In this document: piece by piece, positions 31,876 through 40,000 of the stretch | How the letters are laid out: every line of letters begins with the position of its first letter | Numbering within the stretch: the first letter of the stretch is position 1 | From: an uncultured Thermoleophilaceae bacterium | GTDB taxonomy: Bacteria; Actinomycetota; Thermoleophilia; Solirubrobacterales; Thermoleophilaceae | Reading direction: 5' to 3' | NCBI GenBank assembly: GCA_963772945.1 | Contig: CAVYZJ010000005.1 | Coordinates: 674,596 to 714,595, forward strand | DNA: 40,000 nucleotides | Notes under the pieces: generated by a model | The model's input: the letters and a program-made list of their open reading frames with translations, nothing else | Told to the model about the DNA's origin: nothing | The model's database searches: none | Made by a program: the position numbers and the translations under genes

Positions 31876-32609
31876 CCGAGACCGCCACCAGACCGATGGG
31901 AGCGCGCGCCCCGTGGCCGCCCGAGGAGTTCATCGCTCACCTGCGCGCACAGGGGACGCGCTACCACAACCTGCACCCCTTCCACCGGCGAATGGACGCG
32001 GGGGAGCTCACACGCGAGGAGCTCCAGCGCTGGGTCGCGAACCGCTTCTACTACCAGAAGTGCATTCCCTTGAAGGACGCGGCGATCCTGGCGAATTGCC
32101 CGGTGATCGAGGTCCGGCGCGAGTGGGTAAGTCGCATCATCGACCACGACGGCACGACCGACGGCACGGGCGGCATCGAGTCGTGGCTGCGGCTCGGCGA
32201 GGCGCTCGGCCTCTCGCGAGAAGAGCTGATGTCGGAGCGGCGCGTACTTCCCGCCGTGCGCTACGCGGTTGACGCCTACGTGAACTTCGCCCGTCAGAAG
32301 CCCTGGATCGAGGCGGTTGCCTCGTCGCTCACCGAGCTCTTCGGGCCGGCCGCGATCCGTGTGCGGCTCGAGGCGCTGGAGCGTCACTACGAGTGGATCG
32401 ACCCCGCGGGGCTCGAGTACTTCCGCACGCGGCTGGTGCAGGCGCCACAGGACGCGCAGTACGCCCTCGACCTCACCGTCGAGCGCTGCCGGACGCGCGA
32501 GCAGCAGGACACTGCCGTCGCGGCGCTTCGCTTCAAGACCGAGATGCTGTGGGCGCAGCTCGAGGCCATCGAGCGCGGAGAAACACAGCCACCGGGGCCG
32601 GAGGGATGA
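31872..32609 (+). CDS. pqqC: Pyrroloquinoline-quinone synthase
   Basis: YHNLHPFHRRM, RFYYQKCIPLKDAAILANCP and YVNFAR are PqqC hallmarks. The ATG overlaps the pqqB stop (ATGA). Confidence 0.95.
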   Translation: MTETATRPMGARAPWPPEEFIAHLRAQGTRYHNLHPFHRRMDAGELTREELQRWVANRFYYQKCIPLKDAAILANCPVIEVRREWVSRIIDHDGTTDGTGGIESWLRLGEALGLSREELMSERRVLPAVRYAVDAYVNFARQKPWIEAVASSLTELFGPAAIRVRLEALERHYEWIDPAGLEYFRTRLVQAPQDAQYALDLTVERCRTREQQDTAVAALRFKTEMLWAQLEAIERGETQPPGPEG

Positions 32610-32869
32610 CTCATCCCCGTCTCGTAACCGGCGCGCGACTTCGGTATGACGAGGTCCGCGAGGAGCACCTGCTGCTGGTTCCCGAAGGTGCGGTGCGGCT
32701 CAACCCCACCGCCGCGGAGGTGCTCGGGCTCTGCGACGGGGCGCGCTCGCTCGACGACATCGTCCGTGCCCTCTCCGAGCGCTACGAGGGCTTCGATCTG
32801 CGCAGCGACGTTGAAGAGCTGATCGACGGCATGACCCAGAGGGGACTCGTGGTCGATGCAGCAGCGTAG
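32606..32869 (+). CDS. pqqD: PqqA-binding chaperone PqqD
   Basis: The 87-aa protein has HLLLVPEGAVRLNPTAAEVLGLCDGARSLDDIV. ATG 32606 overlaps the pqqC stop (ATGA). The track ORF was trimmed from 32393. Confidence 0.9.
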   Translation: MTHPRLVTGARLRYDEVREEHLLLVPEGAVRLNPTAAEVLGLCDGARSLDDIVRALSERYEGFDLRSDVEELIDGMTQRGLVVDAAA

Positions 32870-33953
32870 TCCGGCCGTCCTGACCGCCGAGCTCTCGTAC
32901 CAGTGCCCGCTTCACTGCCCGTACTGCTCGAACCCGGTCGACATCGGCGGCGAGAAGTACCGCAACGAGCTCGAGACCGAGCACTGGATACGGACGTTCA
33001 GGGAGGCGCGTGGCCTAGGCGTCATTCAGCTGGGGCTGTCAGGTGGCGAGCCGATGCTGCGCCGCGATCTGACCGAGCTCTGCGCGGGCGCACGCGAAGC
33101 CGGTCTCTATTCGTCGCTCATCACCGCCGGAACGCTCTTCACACGCGCGCGCGCGGAGGCGCTGAAGACGGCCGGGCTCGACCACGTGCAGATCTCGATC
33201 CAGAGCCCGAACGCCGAGGACAACGACCGGATCGCCGGAAACCGATCGTTCGACAAGAAGATCGCGGCCGCTCGCCTGGCGACGGAGCTCGACTTCCCGC
33301 TGACGATCAACTGCGTCCTGCACCGGCAGAACCTGGATCGGATCGAGGAGGTGCTCGACCTCACGCTCGATCTCGGAGCGCAGCGGCTCGAGCTGGCGAA
33401 CACCCAGTACTACGGCTGGGCGGTCCCCAACCAGGAGGCGCTCATGCCCACCTGGGACCAGCTCCGTCGCGCGGAGGAAGCGGTCCAGCGCTTTCGTGAG
33501 CGCGTCGGCCCCAAGCTCGATGTCCTGTGGGTCCTCCCGGATTACTACGAGGACCTGCCGAAGCCCTGCATGGGCGGCTGGGGCTCGACCGCGATCGTGG
33601 TCGCTCCGAACGGCGACGTGCTGCCCTGCCAGGCGGCGTCGACGATCCCGGGGCTCGAGTTCGCCAACGTCCGCGAGCATTCACTGGAGTGGATCTGGAA
33701 CGAGTCCGACGCTTTCGAGCGCTTCAGGGGGACGGACTGGATGCAGGAGCCGTGCCGAACGTGCCCGCTCGGGCGACAGGAGGTTGACTTCGGCGGCTGC
33801 CGCTGCCAGGCGCTGCGGCTCACGGGCGACGCGGCGGCCACGGATCCGGTCTGCCGGTTCTCGCCGCATCACGACCGAGTCGTCTCGGCACGCGAGTCGG
33901 CGCAGACCGACGAGTTCGTATATCGGACGATGAAGCGCCCGGTGGGCGTCTGA
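32856..33953 (+). CDS. pqqE: Radical SAM/SPASM enzyme PqqE
   Basis: The CxxxCxxC cluster is in YQCPLHCPYCSNP. GLSGGEPMLR follows. The Cys-rich SPASM tail contains PCMGGWG, LPCQAAS, PCRTCP and GGCRCQA. It overlaps pqqD by 14 nt. Confidence 0.95.
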   Translation: MQQRSPAVLTAELSYQCPLHCPYCSNPVDIGGEKYRNELETEHWIRTFREARGLGVIQLGLSGGEPMLRRDLTELCAGAREAGLYSSLITAGTLFTRARAEALKTAGLDHVQISIQSPNAEDNDRIAGNRSFDKKIAAARLATELDFPLTINCVLHRQNLDRIEEVLDLTLDLGAQRLELANTQYYGWAVPNQEALMPTWDQLRRAEEAVQRFRERVGPKLDVLWVLPDYYEDLPKPCMGGWGSTAIVVAPNGDVLPCQAASTIPGLEFANVREHSLEWIWNESDAFERFRGTDWMQEPCRTCPLGRQEVDFGGCRCQALRLTGDAAATDPVCRFSPHHDRVVSARESAQTDEFVYRTMKRPVGV

Positions 33954-33963
33954 ACTTAGGGGA

Positions 33964-33977
33964 GCCGGGGTCCCGGC
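33964..33977. terminator. Short GC palindrome between convergent pqqE and the GH6 gene
   Basis: GCCGGG-GT-CCCGGC lies in the 34-nt gap between the two stop codons. The stem is short with a tight loop, so support is weak. Confidence 0.25.
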
Positions 33978-33987
33978 ACTCGCGGCC

Positions 33988-35013
33988 TCAGCCGCTCCGC
34001 GCCAGCTCGAGCGCATACTCCGGCCACCACTGGCCCGCCGGTGGCGCGCCGGGGCGGCAGGCGCCGTCGCTTCCGCCCGGCTCCTTGACCCACAGGTAGG
34101 CGTCCACCCGGGCCCGACCCGTTTTCGTCGTCGGGTCGTCGCCCAGGGCCCGGCCGGGCGGGTTGCACCAGTTCGGTGGTCCGCCGGCCGCGCGGCTGGG
34201 ACCGTTGCCGTTGCGGCTGGTGTCGATCACGAAGTGCGCCCGGCCCACGCGGCGCGACAGCGCCCTCCCGTAGCGAGCGCTGGTGGCGGTTCGGTAGAAG
34301 TTGCTCACGTTGAGTGCGAAGCCGTCGGCCTGGGCGACCCCCGCCCGGCGCAGGGGGCCGGCCAGGCGGGCCGGAGGCCGCACCCAGCCGGCGTTGCCGG
34401 CGTCGAGGTACACGGTCGTCCCGGGCTTGGCCGACAGAGCTCGCACCGCGTGGCGAAGCAGGGCGAGACGCTCCTCCCGCGCACCGCCCCTCAGGCAGCC
34501 GGTGACCGTCTGGGGAATTGCGTCGGGTTCGACGATCACGGTCGCCCTCCGGTTGCCCAGGCCGCGCGCGAACCGGCCGATCCAGTCCCGGTAGGCCGCG
34601 GCCGACCCGGCGCCTCCGGCGGAGTAGCTCCCGCAGTCGCGCCCGGGGATCCAGTAGGCCACGAGCAGCGCGGACCTGCCCCCCCGGGCGGCCCTGGTGG
34701 TCACCGAGCGGACGTCGGCCTCGACATCACCGTCCTCGGCCAGCCAGTGCGCCGTCGGCTTCGAGGCCAGCTGGGCCATGGCTCGCGCCTCCTCGGTGCG
34801 TCCCTCGGCGCGCCACTGCGCCGCCTGGAGCGCCGCGGGGCTCTTCGGATCGATCCAGAACGACTGACCGGCCAGGGGGTTGTCGGAGCGCGCGACGTTC
34901 ACACCGGCGCCGCTACGGCCTTCGTCCGAAGAGCAGGCGGAGATGCCCAGGCCGAGGCACAGCGCCGTAAGCACCATCATCGACCGCCGGCGGGAATCCG
35001 CTCGTACCCCCAT
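33988..35013 (-). CDS. Glycoside hydrolase family 6 (endo-beta-1,4-glucanase-like) lipoprotein, CslZ-like
   Basis: GH6 segments are VIVEPDAIPQ, YLDAGNAGW, GFALNVSNF, FVIDTSRNGNG and LWVKEPGGSDG. The signal peptide carries a lipobox (RRRSMMVLTALCLGLGISAC). I prefer ATG 35013 to the track TTG 35046. Confidence 0.82.
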   Translation of the reverse strand: MGVRADSRRRSMMVLTALCLGLGISACSSDEGRSGAGVNVARSDNPLAGQSFWIDPKSPAALQAAQWRAEGRTEEARAMAQLASKPTAHWLAEDGDVEADVRSVTTRAARGGRSALLVAYWIPGRDCGSYSAGGAGSAAAYRDWIGRFARGLGNRRATVIVEPDAIPQTVTGCLRGGAREERLALLRHAVRALSAKPGTTVYLDAGNAGWVRPPARLAGPLRRAGVAQADGFALNVSNFYRTATSARYGRALSRRVGRAHFVIDTSRNGNGPSRAAGGPPNWCNPPGRALGDDPTTKTGRARVDAYLWVKEPGGSDGACRPGAPPAGQWWPEYALELARSG

Positions 35014-35129
35014 CCAGAACAGCGTAGAGAGCGTCCGAGGCCGCAATCCTCACCCGAATCTCGAAGAGATGACGCCACTTTGTCGCGATCGCTTGACGGC
35101 TGGCCAAAGTTGGGTTACCAAGGTATGTA

Positions 35130-35192
35130 GGCCGGATCCTGCTTCCGTCAGATCGCAACCTCGGGATCGCAGGAGCGCAGGGGGATCCGGCC
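35130..35192. repeat. 10-bp perfect inverted repeat GGCCGGATCC / GGATCCGGCC enclosing 43 nt with an internal GATCGCA direct repeat
   Basis: The arms are at 35130-35139 and 35183-35192. TCCTGC (35137-35142) can alternatively pair with GCAGGA (35169-35174). GATCGCA occurs at 35151-35157 and 35165-35171. The element lies in the 253-nt, comparatively AT-richer gap upstream of cslA. Confidence 0.4.
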
Positions 35193-35266
35193 AGGCGGCA
35201 GTCGTAAGCCCGTGCCCGCTCCAGGCCCCTGGCGGGACGTGCTCGGCTCGACCGAACAACTTTCCC

Positions 35267-37018
35267 ATGCCCAAGCCCGATTCCCACTACGACTACGAGC
35301 GCCGCAGCCGCATCGCCGGCCCGCTGACCGACCCTCCGGCCGGTCGCTACCGGGTGCAGTTCCGGCGTCTCGACAAGGCGCGGCCCGTGCTGGCCTCGCT
35401 GCTGGTGCTGGCCGCCCTGCTGTTCGTGGGCGGCTTCCTGGTGTGGCTGATGCTGCCGAGCCACTGGCCCACCGACTCGAAGGGGATGGTGGTCTACGTC
35501 GCGTCGCTCTGCATGACTGCCACCACGGCGATCATCGGCGGCTTCGCCTTCCTCAACGTGGCCACGCTGTGCCGGGCGACGCTGCTGGCCCGCGATCCGG
35601 TGCCGGTCCACGCGCAGCCCGGCCAGCGGGTGGCCTTCCTGACCACGATCGTGCCCAGCAAGGAACCCCTCGAGCTGGTGCGTCCCACCCTCGAGGCGGC
35701 GCTCCAGATCGACTACGCCGGGGTGCTCGACGTCTGGCTCCTGGACGAGGGCGACGACGATGCGGTCAAGCGCATGTGCGCCGAGCTCGGCGTGCGTCAC
35801 TTCACGCGCGCCGGACTGCCGCGCTGGAATCAGTCCTCCGGCCCGTTCAAGGCCAACAGCAAGCACGGCAACTACAACGCGTGGCTCGACGCGTATGACG
35901 ACCAGTACGACTTCTTTTTGGGCGTCGATCCCGACCACGTGCCGATGCCCAACTTCGCGGAGCGCTTCCTCGGATACTTCCGCGACCCCGATGTGGCCTT
36001 CGTGGTCGGCCCGCAGGTCTACGGCAACTACGACAACTTCGTCGTGCGTGCCGCCGAGTCCCAGCAGTTCCTGTTCCACTCGCTGCTGCAGCGGGCGGGC
36101 AACCGCAGCCGCACGCCGATGCTGGTGGGAACCAACAACGCCGTCCGGATCGAGGCGCTGAGGCAGATCGGCGGTTTTCAGGACTCGATCACCGAGGACA
36201 TGGCGACGAGCCTCGCGCTCCACGGCAGCCGCAACGACGCCACCGGGCGGCGCTGGACCTCGGTCTACACGCCCGACGTCGTGGCGGTGGGGGAGGGCCC
36301 CTCGACCTTCACCGACTACTTCAGCCAGCAGGATCGCTGGTCGCGGGGGACCGACGAGATCGTGATGCGCCGCTTCTGGCGGACCGGCCACCGGCTGTCG
36401 CCACGGGCTCTCATGCACTACGTGCTCCTCATGGCCTACTACCCGACCACCGCGGTGGCGTGGATCCTCGGCGCGCTCAACGGGATCCTGTACTTCACGC
36501 TCGGCGCCGGCGGAGTCGTGGTGCCGGCGTCCCTGTGGCTGATGCTCTACGTGGACGCCGCCGCCCTGCAGGTGGGCCTGTACTTCTTCAACCGCCGTCA
36601 CAACGTGAGCCCGCACGAGGACGAGGGCTCAGCCGGCCTCTCGGGCATGTTGATCTCAGCCCTGTCGGCCCCGGTGTACACGGCTTCGCTGGTGGCGGTG
36701 GCGCTCGGTCGCGCGCGGGGCTTCGTGATCACCCCCAAGGGCGATGCCCAGACCCGGGACAGCCTGGTGACCTTCCGCAAACATCTGGTCTGGGGGCTGA
36801 TCTTCGGCGTTCCGCTGGCCTTGTCGCTCGTTCTGGGCCACGACCACACCTCGATGATGGCCTGGTCGGCCGCCTCTCTGGTCGTCTGTGTGCTCCCGCT
36901 GGCTATCTGGCGCGTGCAGTGCTTCCGCCGCCGGCGGCGGGCCGAGCCGGCCCTTCGCGCGGTGGAGCCGGCGCACGCCCATGCCCGCCCGCCTGAACTG
37001 GTCCGAGACGCGGCATGA
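35267..37018 (+). CDS. cslA: Processive family-2 glycosyltransferase, cellulose-synthase-like (CslA-type)
   Basis: GT2 processive motifs are LLDEGDD (DxD), ITEDMATS (TED) and QQDRWSRG (QxxRW). Multiple TM segments are present and there is no PilZ domain. The first sensible ATG is 35267. The track ORF start 34880 lies inside the GH6 gene. Confidence 0.85.
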   Translation: MPKPDSHYDYERRSRIAGPLTDPPAGRYRVQFRRLDKARPVLASLLVLAALLFVGGFLVWLMLPSHWPTDSKGMVVYVASLCMTATTAIIGGFAFLNVATLCRATLLARDPVPVHAQPGQRVAFLTTIVPSKEPLELVRPTLEAALQIDYAGVLDVWLLDEGDDDAVKRMCAELGVRHFTRAGLPRWNQSSGPFKANSKHGNYNAWLDAYDDQYDFFLGVDPDHVPMPNFAERFLGYFRDPDVAFVVGPQVYGNYDNFVVRAAESQQFLFHSLLQRAGNRSRTPMLVGTNNAVRIEALRQIGGFQDSITEDMATSLALHGSRNDATGRRWTSVYTPDVVAVGEGPSTFTDYFSQQDRWSRGTDEIVMRRFWRTGHRLSPRALMHYVLLMAYYPTTAVAWILGALNGILYFTLGAGGVVVPASLWLMLYVDAAALQVGLYFFNRRHNVSPHEDEGSAGLSGMLISALSAPVYTASLVAVALGRARGFVITPKGDAQTRDSLVTFRKHLVWGLIFGVPLALSLVLGHDHTSMMAWSAASLVVCVLPLAIWRVQCFRRRRRAEPALRAVEPAHAHARPPELVRDAA

Positions 37019-38937
37019 ACGGCAGGCGTCTCTTTCGAGGCCTGGTGGCCCTCGCCGCCGCCTGCGGCCTGGTGGCGCTGAACGGGCCGACCCTGGTGTC
37101 CGCGGGCCGCGACGCGATGCACGACTACAAGGTCAACAGCCCGGGCTACAAGGCCGAGCACGGGCACTGGTCGATGCTGTCGGTGCCCGAGGACATGCGC
37201 GTGAACGCCATCCACGCCGCGCTGCTGCGAACCGGCAAGGTGCTGATCATCGCGGGCTCCGGCAACGACAGGAAGAGCTTCGACGCGGGCACGTTCAAGA
37301 CCATTCTCTGGGACCCGAAGACAGAGACCTTCGAGCGCGTCCACACGCCCTCGGACATGTTCTGCGCCGGTCACGCCTTCCTGCCCGACGGCAAGCTTCT
37401 GATCGCCGGAGGCACCCGGCGCTACGAGAAGCTCGAGGAGGACGTCAAACGCGCCGCCGGGGCGATGACGATCAAGAACGAGGATCCCGACGGGAAACCC
37501 CTCAGCCTCGCGAAGGGCGCCGAGCTGATCTCGCCGGGCGGCCACCGATATCGCACCACGCGGAAGGTGACCGTGCGGCCGGCGGGCAAGCAGGTGGGCG
37601 CCAAGGGATCCGCCACCGTCACGGCCAGCGAGACCGAAGTGTGGGTCGAGGCGGTTGACCGGGGCGACGCGGCGGTGGTGAAGAAGCCCAGCAAGTTCCG
37701 GATCGCGGGCGTAAGCCGCCGGCGCAGCAACGACGTCTACGGGTTCTCCGAGTACCTGACCACCGACAAGCAGGAGTACTGGGGCGACGACCGCTCCTAC
37801 CTCTTCGATCCAGTCAGCGAGCGTTACGAGCGCGTCGAGAACATGGACCTGGCCCGCTGGTACCCGACGCTGGTGGGGCTCGAGGACGGCAAGGTGCTCT
37901 CGGTCTCCGGGCTGGACGAGTTCGGGCGCATCATCGACGGCGAGAACGAGATCTACGACCCGTCCACCCGCCAGTGGACCACTCATCCGGAGATCGAGCG
38001 GACGTTCCCCACCTACCCGTCCCTGTTCCTGATGCCGAGCGGCGATCTGTTCTACAGCGGAAGCAACGCCGGCTACGGCTCTGACACGGTGGGCCGGGAT
38101 CCGGGCATCTGGGATCTCGACGACAACTCGTTCCGCAAGCTGCCCGGGCTGCGCAAGCCGCGCCAGACCGAGACCAGCGGGAGCGTCCTGCTGCCGCCCG
38201 CCCAGAAGCAGCGCTACATGGTCGCCGGCGGAGGCGGCATCGGCGAGTCAAACCGCTCCACCGCACGCACCGACACGATCGATCTGCGCAGCCGCCGCCC
38301 GCGCTTTGTACCCGGCCCGAATCTCGCCGAGCCGGTGCGCTACCCGAACATGGTGCTCACGCCGGACGACAAGGTCGTGATCAGCGGCGGGTCACGCGGC
38401 TACCGCGGCCAGGGCGGGAGCGACGTGCTCCTGTGCCAGCTCTACGACCCGAAGACGGATCGCATGAAGCGCATGGCCGATCCGACGGTGGGGCGCAACT
38501 ATCACTCCGAGGCTCTGCTGCTGCCCGACGGCCGGATGATCACGATGGGCAGCGACCCCCTGTACTCGGACGCGGACAACAGCCAACCCGGGAAATTCGA
38601 GAAGCGCATCGAGATCTACTCCCCTCCCTATCTCTTCAACGGCGACCGGCCCAGGGTCACAGGGGGGCCGACCCAGCTCCGCGCCGGCCAGAGCGCGACC
38701 TTCACCTCTCCGGACGCGGCGAAGGTCAAGGCCGCGCGGCTGATGCGGCCGAGCGCCGTTACCCACGTGACCGACATCGAGCAGCGCTCGATCGAGCTCG
38801 ACCTCGCCGTCCAGGGCGACGACCTGCGCGTGACGGTGCCCGAGAGCGCCGGGCTCGTGCCACCGGGCTGGTACATGCTGTTCGCGACCAGCTCCGAGGG
38901 TGTGCCCTCGGAGGCGCGCTGGGTGCACGTGAGCTGA
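37015..38937 (+). CDS. glxA: Membrane-anchored galactose-oxidase-like radical copper oxidase (GlxA-type; kelch propeller + C-terminal E-set domain)
   Basis: An N-terminal TM anchor is present. The Cys for the Tyr-Cys cofactor is in [16 protein letters not shown], the axial Tyr/His in [14 protein letters not shown], and His in SAVTHVTD are also present. The ATG overlaps the cslA stop (ATGA). Confidence 0.85.
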   Translation: MNGRRLFRGLVALAAACGLVALNGPTLVSAGRDAMHDYKVNSPGYKAEHGHWSMLSVPEDMRVNAIHAALLRTGKVLIIAGSGNDRKSFDAGTFKTILWDPKTETFERVHTPSDMFCAGHAFLPDGKLLIAGGTRRYEKLEEDVKRAAGAMTIKNEDPDGKPLSLAKGAELISPGGHRYRTTRKVTVRPAGKQVGAKGSATVTASETEVWVEAVDRGDAAVVKKPSKFRIAGVSRRRSNDVYGFSEYLTTDKQEYWGDDRSYLFDPVSERYERVENMDLARWYPTLVGLEDGKVLSVSGLDEFGRIIDGENEIYDPSTRQWTTHPEIERTFPTYPSLFLMPSGDLFYSGSNAGYGSDTVGRDPGIWDLDDNSFRKLPGLRKPRQTETSGSVLLPPAQKQRYMVAGGGGIGESNRSTARTDTIDLRSRRPRFVPGPNLAEPVRYPNMVLTPDDKVVISGGSRGYRGQGGSDVLLCQLYDPKTDRMKRMADPTVGRNYHSEALLLPDGRMITMGSDPLYSDADNSQPGKFEKRIEIYSPPYLFNGDRPRVTGGPTQLRAGQSATFTSPDAAKVKAARLMRPSAVTHVTDIEQRSIELDLAVQGDDLRVTVPESAGLVPPGWYMLFATSSEGVPSEARWVHVS

Positions 38938-38984
38938 CCCGGATCTTGCGCTCGTCGTGGCGCCGAGACGGTAGCCTCAGCGCG

Positions 38985-39935
38985 ATGCCCACATCTCTGG
39001 TGACCGGTGGAGCCGGATTTCTCGGCTCCCATCTTTGTGACTACCTGCTGGACCGCGGCCACCGCGTGATCTGCGTCGACAACCTCGACACCGGGTCGCT
39101 CGAGAACATCAGGCACCTCAAGAACGGCGTGGAGTTCCGCTTCGAGATGCTCGACATCACCGAGCACTACGAGGTCGACGAGCCGATCGACTTCGTCTAC
39201 CACATGGCCTCACCCGCCTCGCCCATCGACTACGCCCGGCTCCCGCTGCACACGCTGAAGGTGGGCGCTTACGGAACGCACAACACGCTGGGGCTGGCGA
39301 AGGCCTGCCGCGCCCGCTTCCTGCTGGCGTCCACGTCGGAGGTCTACGGCGACCCGCTCGTGCATCCCCAGCCCGAGTCCTACTGGGGGAACGTCAACCC
39401 GATCGGTCCCCGCGGCGTGTACGACGAGGCCAAGCGCTACGCGGAGGCGCTCGCGATGGCCTACCTGAGGCAGCAGGGCGTGAACACCTGCATCGCCCGC
39501 ATCTTCAACACCTTCGGGGGCAGGATGAGGCCGCAGGACGGACGGGCGGTTCCCACCTTCCTGCGCCAGGCCCTCACCGAGAAGCCCGTAACCGTGTTCG
39601 GTGACGGGTCGCAGACCCGAAGCTTCTGCTACGTCGACGACCTCATCCGCGGGCTGGTGCTGCTCGCCGAGTCGGAGGTCCACGAGCCGGTCAATTTGGG
39701 CAATCCGCAGGAGATGACCCTGCTGGAGATGGCCCAGATGATCGTCGATCAGACCGAGTCGCGCTCGGAGATCGTGTTCGAGGCCCTGCCGATCGACGAT
39801 CCCCAGGTGCGTCAGCCGGACATCACGCGCGCCAAGTCGCTGCTGGGCTGGGAGCCCGAGGTGGAGGTGCGCGAGGGGCTACGGCGCACGATCGAGCACT
39901 ACACGAAGGTGCTGGGGGCGCCCGCCTCGCGATGA
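38985..39935 (+). CDS. UDP-glucuronate decarboxylase (UDP-xylose synthase), extended SDR
   Basis: [51 protein letters not shown] (YxxxK) and [10 protein letters not shown] closely resemble UXS enzymes. The track ORF was trimmed to ATG 38985. Confidence 0.9.
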   Translation: MPTSLVTGGAGFLGSHLCDYLLDRGHRVICVDNLDTGSLENIRHLKNGVEFRFEMLDITEHYEVDEPIDFVYHMASPASPIDYARLPLHTLKVGAYGTHNTLGLAKACRARFLLASTSEVYGDPLVHPQPESYWGNVNPIGPRGVYDEAKRYAEALAMAYLRQQGVNTCIARIFNTFGGRMRPQDGRAVPTFLRQALTEKPVTVFGDGSQTRSFCYVDDLIRGLVLLAESEVHEPVNLGNPQEMTLLEMAQMIVDQTESRSEIVFEALPIDDPQVRQPDITRAKSLLGWEPEVEVREGLRRTIEHYTKVLGAPASR

Positions 39936-40000
39936 GCTCGACCGAGGCCAAGAACCTCGAGGCCATCAGCAAGGCGATCGACCAGCACAACGCCACCTGC
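39932..40000 (+). CDS. 5' fragment of an unidentified gene, translationally coupled to the UXS gene
   Basis: ATG 39932 overlaps the UXS stop (ATGA). The frame is open to the window end ([23 protein letters not shown]...). It is too short to classify. Confidence 0.3.
   Translation, partial: MSSTEAKNLEAISKAIDQHNATC

Noticed and set aside
34913-37986. 567-aa and 462-aa minus-strand ORFs (34913..36616, 36598..37986) opposite cslA and glxA
   Set aside because: They are antisense to genes carrying the GT2 processive motifs and the galactose-oxidase ligand set. They have no motifs of their own and show typical GC-artefact composition.
1-40000. Search for CRISPR arrays, tandem repeats, tRNA/rRNA genes, IS elements, integrases, toxin-antitoxin or known defence-system genes
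   Set aside because: No repeat-spacer periodicity, no cloverleaf-like conserved segments and no transposase/integrase/nuclease-like ORFs were seen. The window reads as metabolic and cell-envelope genes throughout. A by-eye scan cannot exclude short or degenerate elements.

Overview
This is a very GC-rich, actinobacterium-like 40-kb window, densely coding on both strands. I recognise no rRNA/tRNA genes, CRISPR arrays, transposases or phage genes. Roughly nt 1280-33950 form a compact one-carbon (methylotrophy) island with five parts. (1) The tetrahydromethanopterin (H4MPT)/methanofuran-linked formaldehyde oxidation enzymes fae, mtd and mch, plus the fhcB-A-D-C formyltransferase/hydrolase complex. 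(2) A large set of H4MPT and methanofuran/methylofuran biosynthesis genes: mptA, mptG, mptN, DHPS-like, fused pabAB, mfnB, MfnE-/MfnF-/MfnD-like, CitG-like, HisA/F-like, DUF447, DUF1464-like, an atypical SDR, a pterin carbinolamine dehydratase and a glutamine-synthetase-like ligase. (3) A PQQ methanol/ethanol-family dehydrogenase with the lanthanide-type D-x-D signature and no visible signal peptide, preceded by a small degenerate-cupredoxin-like partner. (4) A cation-handling wedge: a CaCA exchanger with two apparent frameshifts, a ChrB-like protein and a P2-type ATPase. (5) pqqABCDE, including a 24-codon pqqA that is absent from the ORF track. The right end (33988-40000) carries an actinomycete-type cslA-glxA glycan locus with a GH6 lipoprotein, followed by a UDP-glucuronate decarboxylase. 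The left end has a GPP34-like gene fragment and an R2-like di-metal protein. Gene packing is extreme: there are many ATGA/GTGA start-stop overlaps, three head-to-head gene pairs only 12-33 nt apart, and overlapping convergent genes. Many of the longest ORFs in the supplied track are antisense or out-of-frame artefacts of GC-rich DNA and were trimmed or discarded. All functional calls come from motif recognition by eye, not from database searches.
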